56,058 nucleotides of DNA from Arenicellales bacterium (lineage in GTDB: Bacteria > Pseudomonadota > Gammaproteobacteria > Arenicellales > JAOTWM01). Positions 36,375 through 47,544 of the stretch are shown one piece after another (within the stretch, counting starts at the first letter, position 1; the number at the start of each line of letters is the position of its first letter). Below the pieces are notes generated by a model that was given only the letters and a program-made list of their open reading frames with translations, did no database searches and was not told the DNA's origin. The translations under genes were made by a program, and so were the position numbers. The stretch covers positions 1-56,058 of the forward strand of contig CAXMMZ010000099.1 in NCBI GenBank assembly GCA_964194565.1. Reading direction: 5' to 3'.

Positions 36375-37784
36375 TCAGCCGTTACATTTGCGGTAGTGGT
36401 CCGCCAGTACCTGCGCCACGCAACCCGTGACACGTTTCCCGGTCGGGATATGCAGGAACTCGTTGGGGCCGTGGGCATTGGAGTGCGGCCCCAGCACGCC
36501 AGTGATCAAGAACTGCGCGTCGGCAAACGAACGGCCGAGCATGGCCATAAACGGAATTGTGCCGCCTTCGCCCATATAAACCGGAGGCTTCGTAAACCAC
36601 GCCAATGATGCACGATGCAGGGATTCGCCGAGCCAAGCCGCGAGTGGCTGTGCGTTCCAACCGTCACCGGGCTCGTCACAGTCGAATTCGATGGCCGCAC
36701 CGTACGGTGGTTCCGTCAGCATGACATCACGCAGCCGCACGCTGGCGGTATGCGCATCGCAAATTGGCGGTATGCGCAGCGACAATTTCGCCTGGGTGCA
36801 GGGGCGCAATACATTGCCCGCGTCCGCAAGCGCCGGAATCCCACCGACGCCGGTAATCTCAAGTGCGGGCCGCCAGGTGCGGTTCAGTATCAGCTCGGCG
36901 AGTTCTCCGGCTGCGGGCCGAACGCGACCGGCAAACGGAAATTTCGTATACACTTGGTGATCCAGCACGGTCGCGGCAACGACCGCCTGCGCGCGGCGTT
37001 CGTCGGGAATCCCCACATTGAACGCAGCGTCGCCGATGTGGCCTGTTGCGTCATCTTCGATTCGGCTCAGCAACGTCCGCAATATACGGAAGCTTGACGG
37101 CACGATGCCGCCGGCATCACCGGAGTGTACTCCTTCGGTGAGTACGTCGATGCTTACCGTGCCCCCCACCAGTCCGCGCAGCGAGGTGGTACACCAAAGT
37201 TGATCGTAATTACCGCATCCCGAGTCGAGACACACCACTAGATCCGGCTGCCCAAGACGCTCCGACAGAGCATCGACATAAAACGGCAAATCCGGGCTAC
37301 CGCTCTCCTCGCTGGCCTCGATAATAATTTTTAGGTCGGCGTGTGGGTGCTGTGACTTTTGCAGGGCCAATACCGCGGTCAACGCGGCAAATGCTGCGTA
37401 GCCGTCGTCGGCGCCACCGCGTCCGTATAAACGATCACCGATGAGCGCGGGTCGCCACGGGCCTAATTCGTCTCTCCAACCGCTCATCTCCGGTTGTTTA
37501 TCCAAGTGTCCATATAACAGCACGCAACCGTCACCCTGTCCGGGTATTTCGATGTAGATAAGCGGCGTGCGCCCCGGTAGTTGTATGACTTGCATAGACA
37601 TCCCCGCAGCGGCGTGGCTCTCGCACCAGCCGGCGACGAGCTTTACGGCCGCATCCATATGCCCGTGGGCCTGCCAGTCGGGATCGAACATCGGCGACTT
37701 ATTGGGAATCCGGATGTAGTCGATCAACGCCGGCACGATGGATTCGTCCCAAAGTTCGTCGATAAAGGGTTGTGTTGTGATCAC
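36375..37784 (-). CDS. M20/M25/M40 family metallopeptidase (dipeptidase-like)
   Basis: LYGHLDKQP, GRGGADDGY and EESGS motifs. Confidence 0.85.
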   Translation of the reverse strand: MITTQPFIDELWDESIVPALIDYIRIPNKSPMFDPDWQAHGHMDAAVKLVAGWCESHAAAGMSMQVIQLPGRTPLIYIEIPGQGDGCVLLYGHLDKQPEMSGWRDELGPWRPALIGDRLYGRGGADDGYAAFAALTAVLALQKSQHPHADLKIIIEASEESGSPDLPFYVDALSERLGQPDLVVCLDSGCGNYDQLWCTTSLRGLVGGTVSIDVLTEGVHSGDAGGIVPSSFRILRTLLSRIEDDATGHIGDAAFNVGIPDERRAQAVVAATVLDHQVYTKFPFAGRVRPAAGELAELILNRTWRPALEITGVGGIPALADAGNVLRPCTQAKLSLRIPPICDAHTASVRLRDVMLTEPPYGAAIEFDCDEPGDGWNAQPLAAWLGESLHRASLAWFTKPPVYMGEGGTIPFMAMLGRSFADAQFLITGVLGPHSNAHGPNEFLHIPTGKRVTGCVAQVLADHYRKCNG

Positions 37785-37891
37785 AAAATTTGTCCTTATG
37801 GAAAAAATTACGATGTGACTAATTTACCATGACGACGCATGGGCTACTGCGCGCTTGCGGGCTTGAGATGACGCCGTATACTCCGCATGCT

Positions 37892-38746
37892 ATGAGTGAT
37901 CTATTTGAGTTCGATTCACCACCACCGCTATATGCGGTCATGGGTAATCCGATCGAGCATAGCAAATCGCCGCGAATCCATGATTTGTTCGCGACGGCGA
38001 ACAACGTGCGAATTGACTATCGGGCGATCCAGGTCGATCCGGGTGGGTTCGCGCAAGCGGTGCACAGTTTTCAGGCCATGGGTGGGCGGGGACTGAATGT
38101 CACGGTGCCCTTTAAGTTCGAAGCGCGCGCGCTGGCAGACCGACGCAGTCCACGGGTGGAGTTGGCGGAATCCGCCAATACGCTAAAAATGGAAAGCGAT
38201 GGTATCTTTGCGGACAACACCGATGGCATCGGCTTGGTCAATGACCTGCAACGTAATCTCGGGTGTTCGATAGTCGGTCGCCGCGTACTGCTGGTGGGCG
38301 CGGGCGGGGCTGCGAGCGGTGTTGTGGGCCCGTTGCTGGAACAGCAACCGGTGAGATTGATCATCGCCAATCGCAGCGCTGATCGTGCGGTCGCGTTAGC
38401 CGCCCGATTCGCGGCATTCGGGCCGGTACGTGGTCTCGGTTTCGACACGCTCGACGACGATGATTTTGACATTATCGTCAATGCCACGTCGGCGAGTCTT
38501 GGCGGCGAGATACCAGCATTGAGGCCCGGCGTGTTGACGGGCACGGTATTGGTTTACGATATGATGTACGGGGGCACAGCGACACCGTTTTTACAATGGG
38601 CTAGCCAACACGGTGCCGTGCGCGTAGCCGACGGATTGGGTATGTTGGTCGAGCAGGCGGCCGTCTCGTTTGAAATATGGCACGGCGTATATCCGGCGAC
38701 GGCCGATGTAATCGCCACGTTGCGGGCCGATCTCAGCGCAGTGTGA
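37892..38746 (+). CDS. aroE: Shikimate dehydrogenase
   Basis: [24 protein letters not shown] and GAGGAA motifs. Start at the ATG at 37892. Confidence 0.9.
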   Translation: MSDLFEFDSPPPLYAVMGNPIEHSKSPRIHDLFATANNVRIDYRAIQVDPGGFAQAVHSFQAMGGRGLNVTVPFKFEARALADRRSPRVELAESANTLKMESDGIFADNTDGIGLVNDLQRNLGCSIVGRRVLLVGAGGAASGVVGPLLEQQPVRLIIANRSADRAVALAARFAAFGPVRGLGFDTLDDDDFDIIVNATSASLGGEIPALRPGVLTGTVLVYDMMYGGTATPFLQWASQHGAVRVADGLGMLVEQAAVSFEIWHGVYPATADVIATLRADLSAV

Positions 38747-40085
38747 CGAGTTCCTCGCCGGCCGTAGGATGTATCGCAACGGTGTTATCGAAGTCGGTTT
38801 TGGTGGCGCCCATTTTCACTGCAACCGCGAAGCCTTGGATGACCTCGTCGGCAAAATCTCCGATCATATGGCATCCCACTATTCGTTCCTTCGCGCCCGC
38901 CACAACGAGCTTCACGACGGTCGGCGATTTACGTGACGTGACCCCGTAGTACATGTTGGTGAAACGGTTTTGGTATACCTTTACTTCCGAGTGACCGTAC
39001 TGTTCGCAAGCCTGTTCTTCGGTTAATCCGACAGTGCCAAGCGGCGGGTGGCTGAATACCACGCTCGGGATGTTGTCGTAGTCGAGTCGTGCCTCGGTTT
39101 GCCCACCAAAAACTCGATCGGCAAGGCGGCGCCCTGCAGCGATCGCGACCGGCGTCAACGCGGCGCGGGCCGTCACGTCGCCGATCGCATAAATGCCAGC
39201 AACATTGGTGTTTTGATACAGGTCGGTCGAAATGAATCCCGCCGCGTCGCGCTCGATGCCGGCGGTGTCGAGATCCAGGCCATCGGTCACCGGGGCGCGC
39301 CCAATCGCCCATATGAGCGTGTCAAAACCGCCGATCGGCTCGGCATTATGGCGATCAATCGCGATCGTGCCGCCGGTCTCACGTCGCAACGCGCTAATGC
39401 TCACGCTAGTCAGAATATTCACGCCGGCGCTTTGCATCTCGTCCATGACCGTTTCTCGCAAGGTTACGTCGAAGCCCCGCAGCAAACGGTCCTTGCGCAA
39501 AAAAATCGATACCTCGGAACCGAGCCCGTTCAGTACTCCCGCGAATTCGGTAGCGATATAACCGGCACCGACCACCGCCACGCGTCGAGGTTGTTGCGCG
39601 AGCTCAAAAAAGCCGTCACTGGTGATGCCAAGATCGGCACCCGGAATATCCGGTACGATGGGTGCGCCACCGGTCGCGATCAGCACATGGTCGGCGGCGA
39701 ATTCGATGCCGCCGGCTTCGACATTTTTTGCGCCGGCGAAGCGGGCGAAGCCATCGATTTCTCTGACTTCCGAGGTGTCCAAATTACGGTGATAGATGTC
39801 GTTAAGGCGTGCGACGTAAGCGTCCCGGCCGGATTTGATTGTGGCCCAGTCGAAACCGTTGCGCTGTATATCGAATCCGTATTCAGGCGCGTCGTGCAGT
39901 AATTCCGCCAGCCACGATGTCGTCCACATTATTTTTTTCGGTACACAACCGACGTTGACGCAGGTTCCGCCGATACGCTTCGCTTCAATCAACGCAGTGC
40001 GGGCACCGTAGCTTGCAGCCCGCCGCGCGGCTGCGATCCCACCGCTGCCACCCCCGATTACAAGAAAATCGTACTTTTCCGTCAT
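38733..40085 (-). CDS. gor: Glutathione-disulfide reductase
   Basis: GGGSGG FAD motif, redox-active [13 protein letters not shown], and C-terminal HPT..EE. The 3' end overlaps aroE by 14 nt. Confidence 0.9.
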   Translation of the reverse strand: MTEKYDFLVIGGGSGGIAAARRAASYGARTALIEAKRIGGTCVNVGCVPKKIMWTTSWLAELLHDAPEYGFDIQRNGFDWATIKSGRDAYVARLNDIYHRNLDTSEVREIDGFARFAGAKNVEAGGIEFAADHVLIATGGAPIVPDIPGADLGITSDGFFELAQQPRRVAVVGAGYIATEFAGVLNGLGSEVSIFLRKDRLLRGFDVTLRETVMDEMQSAGVNILTSVSISALRRETGGTIAIDRHNAEPIGGFDTLIWAIGRAPVTDGLDLDTAGIERDAAGFISTDLYQNTNVAGIYAIGDVTARAALTPVAIAAGRRLADRVFGGQTEARLDYDNIPSVVFSHPPLGTVGLTEEQACEQYGHSEVKVYQNRFTNMYYGVTSRKSPTVVKLVVAGAKERIVGCHMIGDFADEVIQGFAVAVKMGATKTDFDNTVAIHPTAGEELVTLR

Positions 40086-40160
40086 GCGAATTGAACTCGG
40101 ATTGGATGGGAAACCGGCAACTATGCGGCTCGGTCACGACGCAAGCAAGCACAGCGGCTT

Positions 40161-40190
40161 GACCCGAACCCTTCGAATTATCCGGGTTAA
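40161..40190. mobile_element. Solo terminal remnant of the MITE-like family
   Basis: GACCCGAACCCTTCGAATTATCCGGGTTAA resembles the right end of copy 15199 (GTCCGAACCCTTCGTGAACTATCCGGGCTAG). Confidence 0.5.
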
Positions 40191-40249
40191 GTCTGCTCAG
40201 CGCGCATGCTATCGTAGTGGCTGCTGATCAGAGCCTAATACTTGACCCT

Positions 40250-42307
40250 ATGACCGTACCAACACACACCGCTAATCCGCTATTGGATTTTACGGGTCTA
40301 CCGAAGTTCCGGGATATCGATGTGGCACACATCGAGCCGGGTCTTGATTCGTTATTGTCGCAGAATCGTGAGCAATTGGAAGAGATTGTGGTGCGCGGTG
40401 GCCGCCGAGACTGGGATAACTTTGTGCAACCCATCGAAGACCTCGGTGAAAATATTGAGCGTTTTTGGGCACCGGTTTCGCATCTTAATGCGGTCATGGA
40501 CAACCCGGAGCTGCGCGCCGTTTACGAAGCGTGCCTGCCAAAGCTTAGTGTCTACTACAGTGAGATCGCCCAGGACGAGCGCTTGTACCGGGGCTATAAG
40601 GACGTCGCGGAGCACGCCGCGTTCGCCGCCTTAGACGGCGCTCAGCGCAAAATTGTCGACAACGCGCTACGCGATGCGCGCTTAGGTGGGGTCGAACTCG
40701 ACGTGCCCGCCAAGCAGCGCTTTAAGGAGATCGCTCAAGCGCTGTCGTCGCTCACCAACCAATTCGAGCAAAACGTGCTGGATGCGACCCAAGGCTGGCA
40801 TTTACATATCACCGACCAGCAACAACTGGCTGGATTGCCGGCGACCGTTATCGAGATCGCGCGGGGGACGGCTGAACGCGATGCAAAACAGGGCTGGGTG
40901 TTTACGCTCGATGCGCCGTCGTATATTCCGTTCATCACCTATTCGGAGAGACCAGAGTTACGGAAGAAGGCCTATGAAGCCTATGTCACCCGCGCCAGCG
41001 ACCGTGGACCGGATGCCGGACGATGGGACAACACCCCATTAATTGTTGAGATTCTCAGGCTGCGCCACGAGTCCGGCACGCTGTTGGACTTCCCCCATTT
41101 TGCGGCGTATTCGTTGGTGACAAAAATGGCCGACAGTGTCGAACAAGTGCTGACATTTCTCGACGAGCTCACGTCACGCTCGCGGACGAGCGCCCGGGCT
41201 GAACTCGAAGAGTTGCGCGAGTTCGCGCGCAATCGATGCGGAGCCACCGACATACCGGTGTGGGACCTGCCGTATTATTCGGAGAAGCTAAGGGAGTCAC
41301 GGTTCGCGTTTAGTGAGGAAGATCTGCGCCCATACTTTCCTGCGCCGAAAGTATTGACGGGCATGTTTAAAGTGGTCGAACGACTGTTTGGATTGCGCAT
41401 CACGGCAGTGACTGCGGTTTCTGTCTGGCACCCGGACGTACAGTTTTACGAGGTAGCCGACCGCGAAGGCGTTACGCGAGGTCGGTTCTATGTCGATTTA
41501 TATGCACGACCTCACAAGCGTGGTGGTGCCTGGATGGCGGATTGTATTGGCCGTAAGCGCACCGTCGCAGGTGTGCAGACGCCAGTCGCGTTTCTAACCT
41601 GTAATTTTTCTCCGCCGGCCGGCGGTAAGCCGTCACTGTTGAGCCACGATGAGGTCACGACGCTATTTCATGAGTTCGGCCACGGCCTGCATCATATGTT
41701 GACTTTGGTCGACTACGTTGGAGTGTCCGGAATTAACGGCGTGTCCTGGGATGCGGTCGAGTTACCCAGTCAGTTCCTGGAAAACTGGTGTTGGGAGCGC
41801 GAGGCGTTGGATATTATTTCCGGCCACTTCGAAAGCGGCGAACCACTGCCGGACAATTTCTTAGATGCGATGCGCGCGGCCCGGAATTTTCATGCCGCGA
41901 TGCAGATGTTACGGCAGATCGAGTTCAGTGTGTTCGACCTGCGGCTACATAGCCAGCCCGGTCCGGCTCGGGCGCAGTCGGCGCAGCAGGTTTTGGATGC
42001 AGTGCGCGCCGCTGTGGCGGTGGTGATGCCACCCGAATTCAATCGGTTTCAGAACAGTTTCACGCATATTTTTGCGGGCGGTTATGCGGCCGGTTACTAC
42101 AGCTATAAATGGGCGGAGGTGCTGGCGGCGGACGCGTATGGCAAATTCCAAGAAAAGGGTATTTTTGACCAACTCACGGGAACGGAGTTTATGCACAGTA
42201 TTCTGGAGCGTGGCGGTGCCGAGGACGCGGCGGCGTTATTTCGGGAATTCCGCGGCCGGGAGCCGAACATCGACGCATTATTGGAGCAATATGGCCTTCT
42301 CGCTTAG
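40250..42307 (+). CDS. prlC: Oligopeptidase A (M3 family)
   Basis: HEFGHGLHH zinc motif and the length and overall pattern of M3A peptidases. The start could instead be 40217. Confidence 0.9.
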   Translation: MTVPTHTANPLLDFTGLPKFRDIDVAHIEPGLDSLLSQNREQLEEIVVRGGRRDWDNFVQPIEDLGENIERFWAPVSHLNAVMDNPELRAVYEACLPKLSVYYSEIAQDERLYRGYKDVAEHAAFAALDGAQRKIVDNALRDARLGGVELDVPAKQRFKEIAQALSSLTNQFEQNVLDATQGWHLHITDQQQLAGLPATVIEIARGTAERDAKQGWVFTLDAPSYIPFITYSERPELRKKAYEAYVTRASDRGPDAGRWDNTPLIVEILRLRHESGTLLDFPHFAAYSLVTKMADSVEQVLTFLDELTSRSRTSARAELEELREFARNRCGATDIPVWDLPYYSEKLRESRFAFSEEDLRPYFPAPKVLTGMFKVVERLFGLRITAVTAVSVWHPDVQFYEVADREGVTRGRFYVDLYARPHKRGGAWMADCIGRKRTVAGVQTPVAFLTCNFSPPAGGKPSLLSHDEVTTLFHEFGHGLHHMLTLVDYVGVSGINGVSWDAVELPSQFLENWCWEREALDIISGHFESGEPLPDNFLDAMRAARNFHAAMQMLRQIEFSVFDLRLHSQPGPARAQSAQQVLDAVRAAVAVVMPPEFNRFQNSFTHIFAGGYAAGYYSYKWAEVLAADAYGKFQEKGIFDQLTGTEFMHSILERGGAEDAAALFREFRGREPNIDALLEQYGLLA

Positions 42308-42397
42308 GGTTTGTCCGGCGGTCCCACGGCCGACCCTAACGGCCGCCGCCGATATTGGCTATACTGGTGAAAAATGCGACGGAAATTGGACACGGTC

Positions 42398-43021
42398 ATG
42401 AAAATACGGTCTCTATTGGGGTCCCCATTGGCGTTCATCCCGCTCGTTATAGCGGTGGCGTTAGCGCCACAGTGGTCGATCGCGGGCAAGATGTATAAGT
42501 GGGTCGATGAATACGGCAACGTGAGCTATCAGGATAGCCCGCCGCCGGAAGGCTCCGAATTCAGCGAACAAAACGTCGATGGTGTTGCGACGGGCGTTGT
42601 TCCGACCGACGGTGCGGATCCCACCGCGCAGTTGGCGGCTGCGGCCGCGAATGCGCCGATCGTGCTGTACAGCATCGCCGAATGCGATGGTTGTGAATTG
42701 TTTCGCAACTTTTTTAATCGCTTTGGAATTCCGTTTAATGAGAAAGATGTCGAAGACAATATCGCAACCCAGACCGAACTAAAGGCAAAGGCGGGGCGGT
42801 TGGAGGTGCCCACGGTGTTGGTGGGCGATAAGGTAATGCGAGGTTACAACCGCGGGTTGTTGGAAAACGTTTTGGAGAATGCCGGATTCCCGGCACTTCA
42901 ATCCGCGGCTGTTGACCCGTCCGTTGCCGGCGGGGAAGGTGAGGCGGAACAAGGCGACGAAGAATTAGAGGCCGCAGAAATCGAAGTTGAAGAACAACCG
43001 GCCGACGACACCGAATCATAA
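42398..43021 (+). CDS. Secreted DUF4124-glutaredoxin-like fusion protein with an acidic tail
   Basis: Signal peptide, then YKWVDEYGNVSYQDSPPP (DUF4124), then IVLYSIAECDGCELF...VPTVLVG (glutaredoxin/thioredoxin fold with CxxC), then a Glu/Asp-rich C-terminus. Confidence 0.75.
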   Translation: MKIRSLLGSPLAFIPLVIAVALAPQWSIAGKMYKWVDEYGNVSYQDSPPPEGSEFSEQNVDGVATGVVPTDGADPTAQLAAAAANAPIVLYSIAECDGCELFRNFFNRFGIPFNEKDVEDNIATQTELKAKAGRLEVPTVLVGDKVMRGYNRGLLENVLENAGFPALQSAAVDPSVAGGEGEAEQGDEELEAAEIEVEEQPADDTES

Positions 43022-43117
43022 CCGTTAAAAGATCGCTCATACAAAGCGCTCTTTACACGTTAATGCGCGCCTCTCAGTTCTGATGGGTTCGAATCCCCAC
43101 GGCCGGTCGGTGATGTT

Positions 43118-43888
43118 GTGAAAGCGGCTACGTGGAACGTCAACTCGTTGCGGGTTCGATTGCCTCACGTCACTCAATGGCTAGGCACCGAGCAAGCCGA
43201 TATTCTGTGTTTGCAAGAGACTAAGCTCGTCGATGCCGATTTTCCCGTATCGGCAATCAAAGACGCCGGGTATCATGTGGCATTCTCCGGGCAGAAAACC
43301 TATAACGGCGTCGCGACGCTGAGCACTTCGCCACCGCAAGACATCGTAACAGCACTGCCGGGCCTGGACGATCCGCAGCGGCGTCTACTCGCCGCCACGA
43401 TCGACGGCGTTCGCGTGGTAAATGTCTATATTCCGAACGGGCAAGAGGTGGGGTCGGAAAAATACCAGTACAAATTGATGTGGCTGGAATCCCTATTGGC
43501 CTATTTGCAGGTCGAGCTGAAATCCCATACGCGGCTAATGTTATTGGGCGATTTTAATATCGCGCCGGCGGATGAAGATGTGCACGACCCTGAGCAGTGG
43601 CGTGATAAGGTCTTATGCAGCGAGCCCGAGCGTGCGATGTTTCAGCAATTGATTGGCCTTGGTTTGGACGATGTGTACCGCAAGTTCGATCAAGAACCAA
43701 ACACGTTTTCGTGGTGGGACTACCGTGCTGCGGGGTTTCGTCGCAACCTCGGTCTGCGCATCGATCATATTCTATGTAGTCAGGAGTTGTACCGTCCGTG
43801 TGCTGGGTGTGTGATCGATAAAGCGCCGCGAAAATGGGAACGACCATCTGACCATACGCCGGTCGTTGCCGAATTCGCAGCAACGTAA
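43118..43888 (+). CDS. xthA: Exodeoxyribonuclease III
   Basis: TWNVNS, LCLQETK, GDFNIAP, WWDYR and SDHTPV motifs. GTG start. Confidence 0.9.
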   Translation: MKAATWNVNSLRVRLPHVTQWLGTEQADILCLQETKLVDADFPVSAIKDAGYHVAFSGQKTYNGVATLSTSPPQDIVTALPGLDDPQRRLLAATIDGVRVVNVYIPNGQEVGSEKYQYKLMWLESLLAYLQVELKSHTRLMLLGDFNIAPADEDVHDPEQWRDKVLCSEPERAMFQQLIGLGLDDVYRKFDQEPNTFSWWDYRAAGFRRNLGLRIDHILCSQELYRPCAGCVIDKAPRKWERPSDHTPVVAEFAAT

Positions 43889-43909
43889 TCCGGCCTAAAC
43901 CAGGGCCGG

Positions 43910-44755
43910 CTAAACTGCGTAATTGGTCGTTGGCCATAACGCTTCGGTGACCCTCTCGATCCCCGCCAAATCGCGATAGCTCGTGACGCGAATGTAGCCA
44001 TGCGCAGAAAACAAGGCGCGTACATCCTGTGCTTGATCGTAACCGTGTTCGACCAGCAACCAACCGTTTTGGCGCAAACGCGTTCGCGCGGTATCGATGA
44101 TTACGCGCAGTGCGTCCAGCCCGTCGGCGCCGCCAAGCAATGCGTGACGGGGTTCGTGACGAACTTCGGCGGCGTTCAAGTGCGGATCGTTCGCGGTCAC
44201 ATAAGGCGGATTCGAGGCAATCACGTTATAGCCGGAGTCGGGCAACGCGTGAAGCCAATCGCCTTCGCGCAACACGACATTTTCAATCTTGTGTCGGTTG
44301 ATATTGCGGGCGGCCACTGCCAGCGCGTCGGGCCAACGGTCCGTCGCCGCGATCCGGCAACGTGGGCGTTCAGTCGCGAGTGCGAGCGCAATAGCGCCGC
44401 AACCGGTACCTAAGTCGGCAACATTCGTCGTGTCGGTCGTGGGAATGCGCAATAGCGCACGCTCCACGAGGGTCTCGGTGTCGGGGCGGGGGATCAGTGT
44501 GGCGCGAGTCACGTACAACGACAGCGACCAAAACTCCCGCTCGCCGCGGATATAGGCGACCGGCTCCCCGCACCGGCGGCGTTCGATCAACGCCTCGAAT
44601 GCGTCACGTTCGCTGGCCGAGAGCGCTTCTGTTGAATTATGCGCGGGCCGTGCCCGGCATCCGGCGACATCGCGCAATAGCACCTGGGCATCGAGAACGG
44701 GCGTTGCGGAAACAGTATGCAGGCGTTGCGCTGCGACCGCTAACAGCGATTCCAT
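43910..44755 (-). CDS. prmC: Release-factor glutamine N5-methyltransferase
   Basis: DLGTGCGAIALA and SNPPYV motifs. The ATG at 44755 is preceded by GAGGAG. The longer GTG start at 44779 is also possible. Confidence 0.9.
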   Translation of the reverse strand: MESLLAVAAQRLHTVSATPVLDAQVLLRDVAGCRARPAHNSTEALSASERDAFEALIERRRCGEPVAYIRGEREFWSLSLYVTRATLIPRPDTETLVERALLRIPTTDTTNVADLGTGCGAIALALATERPRCRIAATDRWPDALAVAARNINRHKIENVVLREGDWLHALPDSGYNVIASNPPYVTANDPHLNAAEVRHEPRHALLGGADGLDALRVIIDTARTRLRQNGWLLVEHGYDQAQDVRALFSAHGYIRVTSYRDLAGIERVTEALWPTTNYAV

Positions 44756-44775
44756 CCTGGTCTCCTCGGGGTTGT

Positions 44776-45861
44776 TCACTCGCTGCCCAAGGCGGCTAAT
44801 TGGTCGGCTTGGTGCTCGGCAATCAACGGATCGATCACGGCGTCGAGATCACCGCCGATAAATTCGCTCAGTTTGTAGAGTGTCAGATTGATGCGGTGGT
44901 CAGTGACCCGCCCCTGGGGAAAATTGTAGGTCCGGATGCGTTCCGATCGGTCACCGCTACCGACCAGGTTGCGGCGGGTTTCGGCCTGTTCGGATTGTTG
45001 TTTACGGGTTTCGGCCTCGAGTAGACGCGATTTCAATACCGACATCGCACGTGCCCGATTCTTATGTTGTGAGCGTTCGTCTTGGCATTCGACGACAATG
45101 CCACTCGGGATATGGGTCAGTCGAACGGCGGAATCCGTGCGGTTGACGTGTTGCCCGCCGGCGCCAGACGCACGAAAGGTATCGACCCGCAGGTCTTTAG
45201 TTTCGATTTCAATCTCGTCGATTTCATCGGCTTCAGGTAACACCGCGACCGTGCAGGCCGAGGTATGAATGCGCCCCTGTGCTTCGGTTTCGGGAACGCG
45301 CTGTACGCGATGGGCGCCCGATTCGAATTTTAAGCGCGAGTACGCGCCGCGGCCTTCGATGCGGCTGATGATTTCCTTGTATCCGCCGTATTCCCCGAGG
45401 CTTTTACTAACGACTTCCACCGTCCAGCGCATGTTTTCGGCGTAAATGTTGTACATACGGAACAAGTCACCAGCGAACAGCGCAGCTTCGTCGCCGCCCG
45501 TTCCGGCACGAATCTCCAAAAAGATGTTGCGTTCATCGTTCGGGTCTTTCGGCAGCAGCAGTTTCTGAATGCCGAGCTGTTGTTGTTCGATGTGCTGCTC
45601 GAGCTTTGGGAGCTCGTCTTGCGCCATGCGCCGGATCGACGAATCCGAATCGTCCAGCATAGAGCGTGTGGCGTCCAACTCGGACACTAAGGACCGGTAC
45701 TTATTATAGGTTTCCACGACCGGCGCGATTTCAGCCAATTCGATCGACAGTCGGCGAAATTGATTTTGTTGTTCCTGCACCGCTGGGTCCGCCAATAACG
45801 CATTGATTTCCTCCTGGCGATCCACCAAGTATTCCAGCTTCGTGATTATCGACGGATTCAT
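44776..45861 (-). CDS. prfA: Peptide chain release factor 1
   Basis: PET-type tripeptide region and SGAGGQHVN (GGQ) motif. Confidence 0.95.
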   Translation of the reverse strand: MNPSIITKLEYLVDRQEEINALLADPAVQEQQNQFRRLSIELAEIAPVVETYNKYRSLVSELDATRSMLDDSDSSIRRMAQDELPKLEQHIEQQQLGIQKLLLPKDPNDERNIFLEIRAGTGGDEAALFAGDLFRMYNIYAENMRWTVEVVSKSLGEYGGYKEIISRIEGRGAYSRLKFESGAHRVQRVPETEAQGRIHTSACTVAVLPEADEIDEIEIETKDLRVDTFRASGAGGQHVNRTDSAVRLTHIPSGIVVECQDERSQHKNRARAMSVLKSRLLEAETRKQQSEQAETRRNLVGSGDRSERIRTYNFPQGRVTDHRINLTLYKLSEFIGGDLDAVIDPLIAEHQADQLAALGSE

Positions 45862-45900
45862 ATCCGACCGACGCAGGAGCTCATCGGTATAATGAGAGGA

Positions 45901-47154
45901 CTAGCGTGTCAGGCCGAATAGCCGGCGCGCCACGGCCAATAGCGAGCGATCGCCGTCGCGCCCCGCGCGCTCTAACGCGGCGCTTGGGGCGTGGATGAGT
46001 TTGTTGGTGAGGGCGGTACTTAGTTGCTCTATGACTGTCTGTGGGTCGGCCCCTTGGGTGAGGCGATGCAGCGCGCGCTCGACCTCGGCGCTGCGTATTG
46101 AATCGGCATTCGATCGCAGTGCGCGAATCGTCGGTACCGAATCGAGCGATCGTAACCAGCCCATAAAACGCATGGCCTGAAGGTCGATGATGGTTTCCGC
46201 TTCGAGAGCGGCTTCGCGGCGGACCTGCAGATTGGTATCGACGGCTTGTTGCAAGTCGTCGACGGTATACAGATACACGTCGTCCAATGCGGCGACTTCG
46301 GCCTCGATATCCCGCGGTACGGCTAAATCGATCAGCAACATTGGCCGATGTTTGCGACGTTTCAGCGCGCGTTCGATCGTGCCCTTACCGACGATCGGCA
46401 GTGTGCTGGCGGTGGAGGTAATTACGATATCGGCTTCGTGTATTCGCGAAGCTAACTCGGCCAGCGAGATTGCCTCGGCGGTGGTGATTTGTGCAAGGCG
46501 TGCGGCGCGTTCGATTGAGCGATTCGCAACGATCATGCGGCGCACGCCCTGACCGTACAGATGCCGTGCCGTGAGTTCGATGGTTTCGCCGGCACCGAGC
46601 AATAACACTGTGCGGTCTTCGATCCGGGTAAAAATGCGTTTCGCCAAGTCCACTGCTGCATAGGCCACGGACACGGAATTCGCGCCAATTGCGGTATCCG
46701 TGCGGACTTGTTTCGCGACTGAAAAAGTATGATGAAACAACCTGTTCAATACCTTCCCGGTCGAACCAGCGCGGTGCGCGGTGGCGAACGCGGCTTTCAT
46801 TTGCCCGAGTATTTGCGGCTCGCCCAGTACCATCGAGTCAAGCCCGGAGGCGACCCGAAACGCGTGGCGGACAGCATCTTCGTTGGGGTGCTGATACAGG
46901 CTTGGGGCGATGGTTTGCCGCGGTATGTCGTGGTAGTTACAGAGCCATCCGACCAAATCGTCATGGTGCTCCGTTGGCCTGCGACAATACAGCTCGGTGC
47001 GGTTGCAGGTGGATAGGATTGTGACTTCATCGGCAAGCCCTGTACTCACCACGTCGTGCAAGGCTCCGGACAGCCGCTCCGGACTGAACACGGCTTGCTC
47101 CCGCAGTGCGACGGGTGCGGTATTGTGATTGATTCCTATTGCGAGCAAGTTCAT
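45901..47154 (-). CDS. hemA: Glutamyl-tRNA reductase
   Basis: MNLLAIGINHNTAPV, STCNRTE and GAGE motifs. Start at the ATG at 47154. Confidence 0.95.
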   Translation of the reverse strand: MNLLAIGINHNTAPVALREQAVFSPERLSGALHDVVSTGLADEVTILSTCNRTELYCRRPTEHHDDLVGWLCNYHDIPRQTIAPSLYQHPNEDAVRHAFRVASGLDSMVLGEPQILGQMKAAFATAHRAGSTGKVLNRLFHHTFSVAKQVRTDTAIGANSVSVAYAAVDLAKRIFTRIEDRTVLLLGAGETIELTARHLYGQGVRRMIVANRSIERAARLAQITTAEAISLAELASRIHEADIVITSTASTLPIVGKGTIERALKRRKHRPMLLIDLAVPRDIEAEVAALDDVYLYTVDDLQQAVDTNLQVRREAALEAETIIDLQAMRFMGWLRSLDSVPTIRALRSNADSIRSAEVERALHRLTQGADPQTVIEQLSTALTNKLIHAPSAALERAGRDGDRSLLAVARRLFGLTR

Positions 47155-47371
47155 TGGTGTCGTTTCGATCGATCCGGCCACTATGCCGTTTACTCCCAAA
47201 GTCATGGCGAGGGTACCGCGTAGTCACCGCGGCTGGCTGGCGGCGATTCACGCAACCCCCTATTAAGCGTGGACTAGCCGCGAAATTTCGTTGATCCGAG
47301 TCATTATCTGCCGTGTCATGGCGCGGCTGTCAAGCGTCCGCCGAGATTTTCACGGGCATATCAGGGGGTGA

Positions 47372-47544
47372 AGCCCGGATATTTCACCAAGGCAGACTAA
47401 AATATTTACAGATTTGACTAGGATTCAACCGAATTAGCGAGGTTCAGAGGTTCCTTAGGTTATTACGGAAACAGACGGCGTGTACGGTCCGAATTGAGGA
47501 CCAATTCGACCCTCAACTTCGGATCCTCGGTGACGTATCCGGGC
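47372..47544. mobile_element. Copy (about 173 bp) of the MITE-like family overlapping the 3' end of the downstream CDS
   Basis: Left end AGCCCGGATATTTCACCAAGG. The right end CCTCGGTGACGTATCCGGGC (47525-47544) is its inverted counterpart (17/20). Confidence 0.55.

Noticed and set aside
39048-39902. 284-aa ORF antisense to gor
   Set aside because: It is a shadow ORF opposite a clearly coding, motif-rich glutathione reductase gene.
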